Source of the DNA: Octopus sinensis
Lineage: Eukaryota
Reading direction: 5' to 3'
Assembly (NCBI RefSeq): GCF_006345805.1
Contig: NW_021828875.1
Location: forward strand, 1-7,448
DNA length: 7,448 bases
This document shows, one piece after another, positions 6,923 through 7,448 of this stretch (within the stretch, counting starts at the first letter, position 1; every line of letters starts with the position of its first letter). The notes below the pieces were generated by a model that had not been told where the DNA came from, ran no database searches, and saw only the letters and a list, made by a program, of their open reading frames with translations. Made by a program: the position numbers and the translations under genes.

Positions 6923-7012
6923 TTATTTAAATTCTTATATTTCAATAAAATTTATACTTTTTTTCTATTTTTTTCGTATCGGAAACGTGTTTTAAATTAA
7001 TTTGAAAGCAGT

Positions 7013-7448
7013 ATGCCACGACTTTCTGTTGAAACAGCGTCATAGAATTGTTTTTATGCGAGAAAATGGTCATACCGTACAGGAAATATCGATTTTACTT
7101 GGAATATCCAGATGCGCCGTAAATCACACTTACCAACGGTATTTGGATGGAAAGGGGTTTTACGACAGACCAAAATCTGGAAGAAATTGTATTCTTTCGG
7201 CACGTCGGCAGCTCAAAGGAATCTTGTACGTGAGTCTCGACGTTTTCCCAAAAAACAGCGAATGAAATCAGAAAAGACCTAAATATTACGGAAACCGTCA
7301 GTGTCGAAACTGTACGAAGATCTTACGCAAAAATGAACTTTTCGTAAGAATAGCAGCCAAAAAACTAGACTTTCAACTAATAATATCAAGAAGAGAAAAA
7401 TATTCTGCACTAGAAACATTTCATTCGATTGGAATAAGGTCATTTTTA
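7013..7448 (+). pseudogene. Tc1-like transposase, N-terminal DNA-binding region up to the start of the DDE domain; frameshifted as sequenced
   Basis: With about five 1-nt corrections: MPRLSVE(T)RHRIVFMRENGHTVQEISILLGISRCAVNHTYQRYLDGKGFYDRPKSGRNCILSARRQLK..LVRESRRFPK(K)TANEIRKDLNITETVSVETVRR(I)LRKNELFVRIAAKK(P)RLSTNNIKKRKIFCTRNISFDWNKVIF. It shows an HTH-like N-terminus, the GRPR-like linker (RPKSGR), VS..TVRR, KKP.LS and W.KVIF, which in Tc1 precedes (S)DE. Confidence 0.92.

Larger units (their letters stand above)
6713..7448 (+). mobile_element. Tc1-family (IS630-Tc1-mariner) DNA transposon, left part; right end outside the window
   Basis: Begins TA|CAGTACCGGTCATATGTTTTAGACA, a typical Tc1-type CAGT terminus after TA. 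Homology to copy A stops exactly at this TA (empty site TTATTATA^GTTTG, 2462-2463). A Tc1 transposase follows. Confidence 0.93.

Overview
Eukaryotic genomic DNA with three layers. (1) Roughly 1-3715 looks like a + strand protein-coding gene of unrecognised family. It is cut by very short GT-AG introns (22-28 nt in the best cases) and by 1-nt indels that resemble long-read error. (2) The segment starting at 1850 is duplicated from 3716. Copy B (3716-3918 + 6266-6712) is interrupted by a 2347-bp non-coding Helitron-like element (3919-6265, - strand, inserted between A and T, no TIRs). This element carries a 102-bp dimer, about 12.4 copies of a ~94-bp tandem repeat, an (ACAG)n microsatellite and a terminal GCGAAGC-core hairpin. 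(3) A Tc1-family transposon with IR/DR-type left end starts at 6713 after a TA, and its frameshifted transposase runs off the window. Copy A supplies the empty sites for both insertions, so their left/right (Helitron-like) and left (Tc1) boundaries can be read almost to the base. Most ORFs in the supplied track are exon fragments, antisense shadows or repeat translations. All alignments and translations were done by eye.
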